DNA of 64,000 nucleotides from Tubiluchus corallicola (Eukaryota > Animalia > Priapulida), in the NCBI GenBank assembly GCA_030141605.1, contig JAQGDQ010000276.1, positions 124,001 to 188,000 of the forward strand, in the 5' to 3' direction. Below the pieces are notes generated by a model that worked only from the letters and a program-made list of their open reading frames with translations, ran no database searches and had not been told where the DNA came from. How positions within the stretch are numbered: position 1 is the stretch's first letter; every line of letters begins with the position of its first letter. Of this stretch, positions 1-12,727 are shown piece after piece. The translations under genes were made by a program, and so were the position numbers.

Positions 1-3000
1 TAAAAATTATAGTGTCATCAGCATAATAGTACTACCTATAACTAAATTTAAATAAAGAAATTAGCTCTGTAATATTTTGTAAACCCAGAAAAACATCATT
101 AAATCTAATATCATTAAAAGAAAATAAGTTAGATTTTAATTATTCATATAAAAATATTTCATTTAAAGTATTTACTTAATTCTTTGGCACTAATGACTAG
201 AAATTACTGACTTGGGATTAAATAATTATTAACATCTTGGACATTTCATTAAATAAAAAATATTAAAAACGCATTTAAGTAATTTTGAAAATCTGTGCAA
301 ACCAATGTCTAAAATAAGCAGCACATGATACATATTATGCATTCAATGTACAATCACAACTGCTATTGTTCCCATAATAATACTGTTTAGTACAATGTTT
401 ATACATAAGCAAATGGTTGCAATCAAGGCCCACTGCATATTTTTTCTGTAAAACCTTTATAAGTTCCATACATTTTGAGAAATAAGAATCATCAGAACTT
501 AATAACAAATGAGTCGTGCAGCAGTAGGAAGACTGCTCTAGTTTGAAATATAAGGTCTTTGGTATCGAGATGTGAGTACTTCAAGGTGATTAAAACTCAT
601 ATTCCACAAAAATGGTGCAAAATACATGCTAAAACTGCTTAAATGCTATAATCTACAATCATTTATAGTCATCTACTATTATGTTAAAATATACTGCATG
701 CACATATAACTTTCTGTAGCACTTTGCTTGACCATTTAATAGTATGTCCTGAATGTTGAAAGTTTGCTAAACAATATTCCTAGTTCCTACCATAATACTT
801 ATAATGTGAGATTCAATGTTAGAAAAGTAGCCAGTACAGTGCTTCTACAGTTGTGATTAGGCCCACGTCACACAGAGAAAGAAATAAGGAGCAAGCTGTA
901 ATTCATAATCCGTAAGCCACAAGTGTCTACCATCTTCCACAAGATGCATATCATAATTTGCGGATGCTCCTAGCTTTGTGCAAATAGAAAGGCGTTTCAT
1001 CATAATCCGTCTTTTGATACAGATCTGTTTTCTTACCTTGATATAGTCATTTTACCTGATTCGAGATGAGCCAAGGCACTGGATCCAGCTGATCCAGTTG
1101 TTTTAACAAGTAGGTTAGACCTATTTTCAGAACAGGCAATGTGGAGGGAAGTTTATTTCAAACAATGTTTAAGCAATTAAACAGAGATGCAAATGTGTCC
1201 AAAGAGCAAAAAAGTATAGATGAAAATAACAGATTTCTTTTCTAGTTTTTAAAAGTTTGTTTCATTTTCTACACTTGACAGGTGAATATAAATCATAATA
1301 GTCTGCACATACCCAGCTGCAATGTTAGTAATGTCATGTTTAAAAAAATTGCTTTTTAATGTTTTAATTTTTATTGATACTACCCGCATACATCCACATC
1401 CATCTGAATTTGCTAACTGTCCATATTTACCGATACTAAGCTGATACAGTAGCGCCGTGTATTAGACTCAATAATGTAGAATCAATAACCTAATTGTCTC
1501 AAAAACATCTAGTACGGGCTGCTCCTATGCAAAAATATATAAAAACTGTCGGCAACTGACTCAAATAACTCGGCATAATTGACTCTATATTTTTCTGCAC
1601 ATGCTTAAATAAGATACTTTTGTAGGACCAATGAGCTTTTACTATTTTTATGTCGTCTTGCTTCGCTTTTGTGCACTATAACATATGTAGAAATAGTCAC
1701 GTTAAAAACAGTTTGTATGAAAGCAAGGTTTATCATGTGCTAATAATTATGCTGGTCTAGCGATTTTGCCTTGAGTCTGTGTTATCTGCTCGTCCACTGC
1801 AATCAACCTCATTACCCAAGCATTTCTGAAAGCTAAACATTTACAGTGATACGAGTGCAAACTGTACTGTTTTGTCAATTAAGCTACTGTTAGAAGATTA
1901 AAGTTGTAACCACTTGTGCAACGATTTGCTTTTGAAACTCTTGCTGCTTTTCACAGAAAGCTTAATCAATTAACTGATGTAGATAATGTACAGTCATCTC
2001 ATCTGCCAGTATTCCTTGTGACTTACATGCATATAAAAATCATAGAGCAGCAGTCAGCTCACGAAACAATGGACTGTGTCCATAATATGCGAGACTTTTT
2101 AGCGGACCAGATTTTGTCCGATTCTTCGATTATCCACAAAAGTGAGACAGGGCAAAGCGGCGAGATATGAGTGTTATGAATTTGAATAAATGAAGTGTGT
2201 ACCATAAAAGCACACAGACAGACAGATAGACAGACAGCAAACAGATTATCTAAATGACAGGGACCATTCGTCAGCATGTATTAATTTTTTAAGACAGTTT
2301 TTTTCTCCTGACAACCTGTGCCTTATGGGATATGACCACATGTTGCCCAGCTATGTGACACCGGCCTTACATGTGAAAGACAAACTAGGACGCATAATTT
2401 TTGATGCATTTTATTCCTAAGATTAGGAATAACATTTAATTATTAAAAAAATTTATAATTTCGCATTACAATATAATATTTTCAATACAAGCAGATAATC
2501 AAACAATCACAATTATAACAATGACGAGAATAACAATATTTTGTTAACAAAGTTTGAAAACTGACAATACATTGTAGTGCTGCAAGGTAGCAGAAATGAA
2601 CTTATTAAGTATACTACATACAAATAGGGTGGCCAGACATCCTTCTTTTGGACGGACGTCCACATTTTGGGCACTCAAAAAACTATATAACACCCTTTTC
2701 AAATGGTGAGAAGTTGTGGAAACGACGGCCACAATAGCCACTGTCTAAGCTATTTTTATTATGATTTCATGCAGTTGCCATTGGCAACACTAGTGCTGTG
2801 TGATCTGTGTCACATGACTAACAATAAGTAAAACAAACGTACATCAAAAATACAATAATGTAAAATAAGGCATTACTCTTTGGAGATTTGCCATGATCAT
2901 AACACTTTATTAACAGCGAGTAAAAGTCAGTGACCCTCAAGACTCAAAAAATCTCAGCTTCTGAAAAAAACAATTTGTTAAGACTTAAACTTTAGTTGAG

Positions 3001-3532
3001 TCTTGACTTCTGTCTTGTTAAATACAATTATTATTTAAATACAATAATTTGTGTGATATATGTATTTTGAATAGTTACCAGGAGAACATTATATACATAT
3101 AACGGCTGTCGCTTTAGGAAATGACCACCCTTACATACAAACACAATAGTAAACATGTATTATAAACATTGAGCGAAGAGAATTAAGAACCAGAAACTGA
3201 AAACATACTAAGTCAAAACGACAAATAAATAAATAAGAGCAGAATCGTACGAAAAACCAATTTTAACACTCTTCTGCTATAAGGGCTGCATACACCCGAT
3301 TTGCGCAGTGAGAAAGGCGCGCAATCCACTAATTTGCCACTCGTGTATGTACAGCGCTTTTTTTCTTTCGTTTTTTGACGCTTTTCTCCACGGCCATTTA
3401 GGAAACTAATTTAGAATTGTGTATATTATACTATCCTTATAGTATATTATATAAGGTCCTTATATTATACGATGTGCAGGTACTGCTACTTTTACTTGAA
3501 ACGTATATATGTGACATAATTACCATGTGTGG

Positions 3533-3924
3533 TAGGGGTGAGCATATCGAGCTTCGAAAGCACGATTCGATTAGAACCTAAAATTATAGAATCGAATAAC
3601 TCGGCATTTCGCCCACATACATTCTTTAACATTATGACATTTGAAACAGCATGCAATCGGCACAATTAAATTTTGTTTGACTTTTGTGCATAATTTTTTA
3701 CTGCAGAATAAAATCAGGTAATATGCATGACCTTTATATCGAGACAGCTATTTATCTATAATTTGAATTTTTTGGAAATCGTGACACCTGCATTGAAAAG
3801 TGATTCGTGTTCGATCACAAAAACTTGGTTTGAGCCGAGTTGGAAGTCACATATTCCATTTGATTTGAATTTGCTTCCTTTGAGAGAATGCTCGTGCGCA
3901 ATGTTTGGCGTTTGTGCTCATCAT
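3533..3924. mobile_element. Degenerate hAT-like MITE
   Basis: Starts TAGGGGTGAGCA and ends TGCTCATCATA (imperfect TIR), with subterminal TTCGA/ATCGA motifs near both ends. No clean TSD seen. Confidence 0.4.
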
Positions 3925-4523
3925 AGGTACTGTCCAGTCCATCTAATGTGCACCTATATGTTATCATAATATAACGACAAGTAAGCACACTGACGAGCAG
4001 TCAAAGGTTGCAGGACATATGAGACGGAAGAGGATTCAGCCACATTTAGATACTTCCAAAAAACAGAAAGAATTCTTGTGATGAAAATAAGAACAAATCT
4101 TTCGCATTTTTGTCAGAGCAAGTAGTGACATTTGCATACTTGCAACAGTAGAATCAAAAGAACTGTAGGCTATATGCAAGTGAAATCCGTTTTATGTTCA
4201 GGAGCAATGTGCACCATGGATATATGCTTCCATGACAAAATAGACATTCAAGACATTCACATTTTTACACATGGGGTCTGTAATGTATATATACCAATTA
4301 CAAGTAAAAACTGTGTTTATACAAGTGCATCATTATGTTTCATTATGGCAAATCGGTTGGTTTTTCCTGAAATAGCAGCAGAATACTGCACAACTTGAGC
4401 CGGCAGGCAATCAATCGATAAAATAGTGCGTACGATCAATCAAGTGTACACCAGACTAAGCTGCTCAATAGGCTAAGTTGGAGTGCCTGAGGCAGCATTT
4501 CGTAATTTTATCAAATTAAATTA

Positions 4524-5265
4524 CTTTCTTCTTCTTCTTCAAAATCTCATTCCACATATTGTAGGCATTGAGGTATCAACATGTATCAGAATATTCTACC
4601 CGCCTCTATCTGCAGCTTACAGCGTAAGTTCTTCTACCCCTAAAGACAGATTTGGTTGAAGTTGTTGTACATCTTTATTTATCTTAGCTACCCAAGTTGT
4701 TTTAGATTCGCCATGTGGTTCTTTTTGCATGGTTTTAAGGCTTTATGTGGATCATGATTACGGTACGACTGTCTGTGATAATCTTCCTCAACATAGTCTG
4801 GATCACTTCTATCCTGCTTTGGAATCCCCTATGAAGCAGACGATATTGGATGGACTAGTGTATCAAATTTTCAAATTAACACAATAAAAAGGGATTTTCC
4901 AAAAAACTACAAAAAAATGCAAGTAAACCAGTCAAAAACAGAAGAATATATTATTGCGAGAGATGGTAATCAGTCTTGGGAAAAGTGCAAGTACATGGGC
5001 ACTTTTCTAATCACCAAAGATAATATTAAAAGCATAAAACAACAAGCAATGCATGCTTTTCTTCGCGCAAGAATGTATTAACTAGCAAGAAATTAAGTCT
5101 TAACATAAGATTTCGATTATTTAATGCTTACGTTACCAGCATATTTATGTACAACAGCGAAACTTGGGGTTTAACGATTACTCAAGAAAAGCAGATTGAC
5201 ACATTTCATAGAAGTCTTCTTAGTAAATAAATAGCACAATTACATGGATAGCAGATATTCTTCTG
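4524..5265. mobile_element. Decayed RTE-like LINE fragment with inverted 5' portion
   Basis: Plus strand ~4748-5265 encodes degenerate RT and post-RT peptides (DHDY..LPQHSLDHFY, YEADDIGW at 4830, VNQSKTEEY...WEKCKYMGT, FNAYVTSIFMYNSETWGLT...IDTFHR). Minus strand ~4745-4524 encodes a LINE C-terminus (GESKTTWVAKINKDV...AADR) followed by a (GAA)n tail. Confidence 0.8.
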
Positions 5266-5409
5266 AATAAAATAGTACTTAATTTGTAATCATTTAGTTA
5301 TGTCTGTGCTCATACAGGTATAGAAAAGACGTAGTTTGTAAGACCTATTTTGAATGGCTCGGTCCTGAAGGAGTTCATTTAACCGCTGTGCTGCTGAGTC
5401 CCTGTACTA

Positions 5410-5470
5410 CGCAAATATTCGCGGTATCTTGAGACCGTGACGTGTACCCGGAAATTTATCATGGCGATTT
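5410..5470 (+). promoter_or_regulatory. Putative GIPC proximal promoter (CRE/ATF-like, ETS-like and YY1-like motifs)
   Basis: Locally CpG-rich stretch 130-190 bp upstream of the ATG with GTGACGT (5437), CCGGAA (5448) and ATGGCG (5461) clustered, a combination typical of housekeeping promoters. Motif-only evidence. Confidence 0.4.
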
Positions 5471-5600
5471 ATGACTGAAAATAGTTTCATGTGTCTTTGT
5501 TGGTTTATTTACTTTTATCTTGCCGTTTGTCCTTCAGAATAATTACTGTACGCGCTTTAAACACTACATATATCAAAACAGTGTATGTTTAACTTTAAAG

Positions 5601-8600
5601 ATGCCATTGTGGAAAAAGAGAAAAGATAACCAAGAAGAACGAACTGTGGGAGATAAGCCAGTTAATGACGTCGGTCCGCACGATGATAACCCCACCAATC
5701 AACCTGCTGTTGGAAATACTGGCCCAACATCGCCATCGCAGGGAACTAAACCACAAGTTAATGGACGGCCAAACAGGCCTGATTATGGTCGTCCACGTTT
5801 GGTGTTCCATGTACAGCAAGCACAGGGCAGCCCAACTGGAATAATATCAGGGTTTACCAATGTGAAAGAATTGTATCAAAAGATTGCTGATTGCTACGAC
5901 TTTCCTGTGACTGAGGTATCTGTGTCACACCGCATTTTATGTTTACTCTTTATTTTTCATTCATTTAGTTTTTTTTTGAATAACTCTCACTCATATTAGT
6001 TGCAGTAAAACTGAGGTTATAATTTGTCGTTAGGCAAAGCTTTACTTTAAATGCAGTAATGAATGTCGTAAGTGAATGGAATAAAAATCCTTAAAGGAAA
6101 GCAGTGCCTAAGTTTTTTTCTTGTTAACACTAGCTACTAAATCTTTGTTAGAGAGAACATGTTATTTTAAAAAGTTCAAGCATCCCTTCGATTTGCAAGA
6201 GTTCTAAGTACAAAAACTTTGCAACATGTGAATCTTACTATACCTATGACCAAGATTTCCCTTTACAATACAATGTTCTGTTTGACGTAACTGCAAAGGA
6301 GCTTTTGGTGCTTACTAGGGATGGAAACAGATCGCATCCACATGATTAAGTAGATCCAGATCCGATCAAGTAAGTCTGAATCCACTTCACTGTACACCAA
6401 CTGTATATTATTCAAGACATTTGAAGTCAAAATTTACATACTCATATCTATCTACAAACGAAATTTGGACAGCAAACATCACGTACATGCCTAGTTTTCC
6501 AAATTCTCTTACAACAAAATTAAATTGCAAAAAACTGTAGTTGCCGTTTATGCGAGTATCCTAATTTTTGCCAGTTATGCAAATCTTTGAAAATATGAAG
6601 ACTTGTTATGAAAACAAATGTACGACGACAATAATGACCGAAGTCATGAATGCTAGTCTATGCTATCCATTGCTGTTTTACATGCTGATTGACAAGTTCG
6701 GGCATGTGCTTTGCGATTTTTATGAATGAATATTTTGGATCACTGTACTGAGTTATAGAATTGTTTGGCGTGAGAATTTCTAAGCACTAGTAAACTGTTG
6801 TAATGTATTTTTCTACCATTTTACAGTTTTAATTTCACAAAACTCCCCAAAATGGGTATTGCTTTACCAACATTACTTACTTAGACAATATAAACATATT
6901 TATATTAAATGCCAATTTGGATCCAGAGCCGTAAATGTGGATTCGTCCTATTCCTAGTGCTTATGTGTGCAGAGGCTTGAAAGCACATACCGATGCATTA
7001 CATCCTGTTACAACAACACATCTGTGTCTTAGTTCAAAGTGAAATTTGCACTTGTTTATAAATGTTTTTATTATTCATCACATTTTATATCTGTGCATTT
7101 TTTGCATACCACCGTTTAACATCCTTTAACATTTATATGTTATGTGAAAATTATATAGAAATTACGCCATGTACTCAGAATCTGCCATTACTTCAGGTTC
7201 TTTTTGTGCATGATTGCGTTGACTATTCATGTGCAATTTACAAAGGTGCATTGCTCAAGCCATTACATTTAACTATTGCCCATTTTTTATATAATAATGC
7301 ATGTGAAAAAACTATATATATAATAGAACTTTTAATTTCAGATCTTGTTCTGTACCTTAAATACACATAAAGTGGACATGTCTCGGTTGTTAGGTGGTCA
7401 AATTGGACTAGACGATTTCATATTTGTTCATCGAAAAGGACAACCCAAAGAAATAGAAATTACGAAATCGGAGGAGGCACTTGGTCTTACAATAACAGAC
7501 AATGGTGCTGGTTATGCCTTCATTAAACGTATCAAGACGGGAAGCACAATGGATAAAATTACCCATGTTTGTGTTGGCGATCACATCGAAAAGATTAACG
7601 ATAAATCTCTAGTCGGGGCCCGTCATTTCGAGGTAGCCAGAATGCTGAAGGAGATACCCCGTGGAACAGTTTTTACTCTGCGGCTGATTGAACCATTAAA
7701 AGCTGGTTTTAGTAAGTACATTTTGGTTTAAAGTAGGGTGTCATGTATAATTGTTTGTATTACTAATACTGCTTAAATTTAATTACGTGTGTCACTTTTT
7801 GCTCTCTGCCAACCTTTCTAATAGTTGGTATATTTGAGAAAATTTCAAAAGTCTGCATTTCTCACCTGTAAATTTTAAAATTTCTCTTTTGTCTTTCCTA
7901 CAACAAAGTTTACAGTTCATACCATTTCGGGACAGTTTTAAAACTTCAGATAAATGATTACGTATCACTTATTACACATTTCAAAAGCACCAAGTACCAA
8001 AGACTCCCACCTCGAAACATTTTTTATTGAGATGATAAAAAATAAAATTTTGAGGCCTAACTTGCTAAGTAATTCTTAATGGCAATAGGAATTGGAGCAA
8101 TTAGAGGTACTATAGAGACACAGTATTCTATGAACTACTACATTCTATCTTCAGGTTTACATAAGAAAAAAGAAAAGTCACAAAAATAAAAAATGTTATA
8201 ATTTTTACACTTTTTTATAATTTATAAGACAATCACTTATTAGGCAAACAATGCACAGCACTGATAATACCAGTCACCAGTATGGGTGTTCGAGGTTAAG
8301 GTCGGGCTCACCAGTTCTGCAAATTAATTGAATTCAAGGTGGGGATTTTTCAGTGTTTGGGATCGAGTTTCGTGTCAGGATGAAATGTTAGGGATCGGGG
8401 TTTCCAATCCCAAACCATGAATATCATTATCAGTAATTGGAGATAAGAAAATGACAGGGAAATTTTAGCTTCACTCGGTTAATATTGACAATTTGTGTGA
8501 CATGATTCACCCACCCATATGTTCAGAGCATGCTCAGTTCTGACCTTTTGATTTTCCTTTCAAACAGTATGGCTCCATTAATTCAGTAATTGCGGTTTTA

Positions 8601-11600
8601 TTTCACTAATTAGTAGTTTCGACAAGTAATCTTGAAATTAAGCTTATATAAATTATTTATACCTGTTTGTTTAATGCAGTATTTGGTTCAACAGCTTTAA
8701 CAATTATGAGTGTGTTAAGATATTGGACGAAAAAAGTGTCTAGGCTAATATGTCGCTCCCCCTCCACGTGCGCACAGACACACACACACACATATACACA
8801 CACACACTGCCAAGCCACAAATTCAGTATTTTTTGTAAATTGTTTCAACATTATTGCAATTGCAAGTATCACATTCACAGAGGACCGAATGTGTTCTGTG
8901 TACTAATCATGCATTTACTTTAAATTACGTGTTAGACACTATGGTTAACAAAATCTCAATAAACAATACGTTATCACGAAATTTAAGCGATGAATAAATG
9001 GTTCATTTTTCCTTGTATGCCTCAAAAACCTCAAGTAAACGTTGTTTTTCAAATATTGTAACCTTGCAAATTTTGCGGTTGAGATTGGTGTTGGGACGGG
9101 ACTGAATGTTCAGGAAAGGCGTTTAGGGTTTGACGAAAGTTCGGGATTGAAATTCGGGGGTCAGGCGATATTGAGGTTGGGACAGGACTGAATGTTCGGG
9201 AAAGGCATTCGAGGTTTGACGAAAGTTCGGGATTGAAATTCGGGGGTCGGAATCATAGTGATTCACCAGGTGTTATAATGGTATGTCTTCTGAACGTGAA
9301 TTATATAATCTCAAAAGATTTCTAGATAGAGAGTTTTTGGCTTTTCTTCATAACTAAAATGTAATGTAGCACCAATCGAAGGCATAAGGTTGTGTTTCTA
9401 CTTTTAGTATTTTAGTATTTTTTGCACTTCAGTGTTGACTCTTGTAAAAATACTATTTATTTTAGCAGCAAAAAATCTTCAGACAATGTTACTGCATTAT
9501 GTGTATATATTTTGCCAAATGCATCACATGATGAAGATTAAACATCCACGTAAGAGGAACTAGATGATATAAAATAAATGAGGACAAATTGGCTCATTGT
9601 GAAGTTAATCCAGTTGATTACTAGGCAGATAATGGTTTTTGCACTGATAGGCTAGCAAACTGAGTTAACTAGCTCTGCTTGTGTAAAGTTCACTGAAAAC
9701 TTTAGTAAAAAGGTTATCATGGTACGCACACACAAACGTTGAATTTCAACCGCACCGCCATACATGTCTCAATTTTTATAGTTATGCTGGGCTTCCCTTA
9801 GTTACATTTTAATTACATTGTAAACGTTTTCTTACATTTTAATACATGAATTAGTTTAGAAATTTAATTATCGTTTAGCCATATCGATACCAATTTTCAA
9901 GTGTCAGAAATCTTTCGCACATGTTTGCTAAAGGGAAAATCTCAGTAGAGTGCTGTCTGAAACTGGTTAAGTCTTCGGTAATAAAGTGAAAAGCTGATGT
10001 TTGAAAAAAATTATTAAGTGCACAAAATGAGAATTTTTGTAATTAATGTTTTTTAAAAAAACTGTGATTTTACCTTCAAATAATATTGGATTATTAAATG
10101 AACAACAGTTTATAAACAAATGTGTATAGGGAACTTTTCTGTGGGGAATTTTAGTGTTCGATTTGATATCATTCTAACTGTAAGCAAATAATCATAAAAG
10201 AAGTTAAACGTACTTGGCAAATCTCAGAAGAGCACTATCTTGTTTGTAAGCAAATAACTGTAGCTACTTTGTGTTTCCTGATTTTCATGAAAGAATTGCA
10301 ACACTTTTAAACCATAAATTTGCATTTTCAAAATAACTTGTGTGGAGTATACAAATTTCCTTGAATTACTCTAGCTACTCTAATTAAATTCTACCAGATG
10401 CACTTTTATTAAACCTGCTTTTATTGGTTGCAGTTTTTGTTGTACTACGTCCTACTCAATTATTCCATTGTGTATGTGTAACGTTCAAAAAAGATTTGTC
10501 TTCAAAACTTGCTATTATTTTTCCTGTTTTTATTCACCCATTTATAGCTGCTGTGCCATTTTCTACCATGTTGAGCACTGAAATAAGTTTGATCGTTGAA
10601 CCCTGTCATTTAAGTATTTATATTGGCTTTACAAAACAGTTTATTCTACTGTAGCTCATATGCTCTTTTCATTGTGCAAACATTGGTAGTATAAAGTTAA
10701 TACCGGGCTGTCTTTTTAAGTAGATAAAACTTTATCAATAGCCATCTATAGATAAGGAAATTATGTAAAAAGTCGTCAGAATTAATATGATATTGTTTTC
10801 AAAAATGGCTTTTGCTCAAAACAAAAGTAAAGAAATTAAGCATTTCCCACAAGAAAAGTTTACTCCATTGTTACCTTGAAAACTCCATCATTATTTTTTG
10901 TTTGCAACAATCATTTTCATTTAAGCTAAACATAAGTTCTCGAAATGTTGCCATTTTAATAACATAAAAATTTTGTATGAGCAGTTGTGGGATTTTGTGT
11001 AAGAACATGTAACAAGAGAACTGTTTTATGAATGGCTTGCTGCCTGTCCGTTTTTTAACTGCCTTGGCTGACTCTGCTCTTTTGGCCAGCTCTCGCTATT
11101 AGTTCCCCAGCAATCTTCATCTTTTTTGCATTGTTTGGCATTACATGAGGCCAAAATGCTCATTAGCATGTACCAATTTCTTGGTAACTTCCCTGATAAG
11201 GGCAGTATGACTCTAATTGATTATAGTCAAATAGTTATTTATTAACACTGTTACTGGCCTCTCACTTGTGAATCTTTTTTTTTTTTTTTGGTTTTTCTTT
11301 GAGAGAGTCTTAGTCATGGACAACATCACATGAATGAGTAAAAAGATTTGTAATTGATTGTATTGTTAAAGTGGTGCATTAAATTTTGTGCCATGTTCTA
11401 CTGCATTAAATGCAAAGTAAATATATGGTACAGTGCTTACTTGCAAACTTGTTTATAAGTTACAGCTATCATGTTAATTCTAAGTCTGCTTAAAGCAATT
11501 GCTCCGTGCTAAACAAACTTCAATTTACTTATTCGTCCCCAATGTACAAAACTATATTGTATGATATTGTGTGGTACAGGTGAAATTGGACCCAGGTCTG

Positions 11601-12727
11601 TGAAACCAGGCAAATCAGGGAAGGTAGGCACTGGGAAAGAAACACTACGCTTGCGCAGCAATGGTCCGGCAAAAGTAGAACAAGCTGTGAGTGTTAGGCT
11701 TACCTTTTACCTTATTTGTTAAACTCAGGTCTCAGCAAAATATTTATTTTGGTTTTCTTAATTGATTTTTTTATATATATAATTTTAGCTTCTTGTGTTT
11801 ACTTAGTCACAAAACTTTTCAAGTAGTATTTGGATATTTGAAGAAATAGTAGCTATTAGAAATAAATCTTCTCATTTTCTAATTATATATAAATCTTGTT
11901 TATATGAAACAAATCATTAACTATTGATTTCAAAAATCAGGGAAGAAATTATTCTGATAAATTTACTTTTTGTGTTTATTGTGTAATTTTGTATTAAATA
12001 AATATAAATAAAGCACGTAGGCTATGAAATGAAAATTATAGTCTTAAAATCACACGTGACATTGTTATTATAGCCTGATGATTTGGTTGTTATGGCAACG
12101 GAAAAGATTAATGGCCTGTTGGAATCATTTATGGGTATCAACGACATAGAACTAGGTATGAATTTCATATAAAACCATCCAATTACTTATTACGTTAAAC
12201 TTCAATATTGATAAATTTAAGCCCTCTTTGTTTTCTTAACTGAAGTCCTTTATGTATGTTATAACGTTACCATAAGCCTTTTTTGTTTACTTGCAATTTT
12301 TATTACGATTATTGATCAACATTCGCCTGATTTTCTTGAATTTATTTGAAGTTAAGTATAACATTTACAGTCATCAATAAATATTTAGTTGCTGTTGATA
12401 CATACAGTCTTGCAAAAAACAGGAAAGTAATATGTGGGTCATCTTTACATTTAATTCAGTTTATTCTTTCTTTTACGTGTATTTTATTTTACTTTTTGTT
12501 ACATAAAATTTAAATGCAATGTTTGCAATAATTACTTTACAGCACAAACAATCTGGGAGTTGGGCATAAGCAAGGACAACACACACGGTTTTGCTTTAGC
12601 CATAGACGAAAGCGACATGGCTGCATTTGGATTTACAGATGATTTCATCTTTGACTTATGGGGCGTAATCAGCGATGCAAAATCTGGTCGCTTACAGCCT
12701 TCCGAGGGTGGTGCGGCTAATTTTTAA
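5601..12727 (+). CDS. GIPC1: GIPC PDZ-domain-containing protein (GIPC1/2/3 family, kermit-like), 5 coding exons, 352 aa
   Basis: Exons 5601-5915, 7342-7711, 11580-11686, 12074-12155, 12543-12727; all introns GT-AG with consistent phases (0,1,0,1); 1059 nt ending TAA. Family motifs: [17 protein letters not shown]...[12 protein letters not shown] and [28 protein letters not shown] (GH1), [44 protein letters not shown]2 [10 protein letters not shown]...[19 protein letters not shown]. Probably the single invertebrate co-orthologue of GIPC1-3. Confidence 0.96.
6316..6956. mobile_element. Non-autonomous hAT DNA transposon in GIPC intron 1
   Basis: Ends TAGGGATGG.../...CCTATTCCTA; 8-bp TSD GTGCTTAC (6308-6315) / GTGCTTAT (6957-6964); GGATC/GATCC subterminal repeats. 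Confidence 0.8.
8271..9262. mobile_element. Probable DNA-transposon relic with TTCGGG subterminal repeats in GIPC intron 2
   Basis: G-rich TCGGG/TTCGGGAT motif clusters at both ends (8280-8400, 9075-9250). Includes an 86-bp tandem duplication (units at 9090 and 9176) and a (CA)n tract at ~8776-8806. Boundaries approximate. Confidence 0.45.

Noticed and set aside
540-2280. Exon-like stretches near the window start (e.g. + 851-911 VIRPTSHRERNKEQAVIHNP; - ~1832-1746 FRNAWVMRLIAVDEQ...; - TQSIVS-TGA-ADCC as possible selenocysteine)
   Set aside because: They could not be joined into a phase-consistent gene, match no family I recognise, and no SECIS was identified; RNA-seq would be needed.
2625-2675. 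TAGGGTGGCCAGACATCC hAT-like terminus
   Set aside because: No matching opposite end or TSD found, so no element could be delimited.
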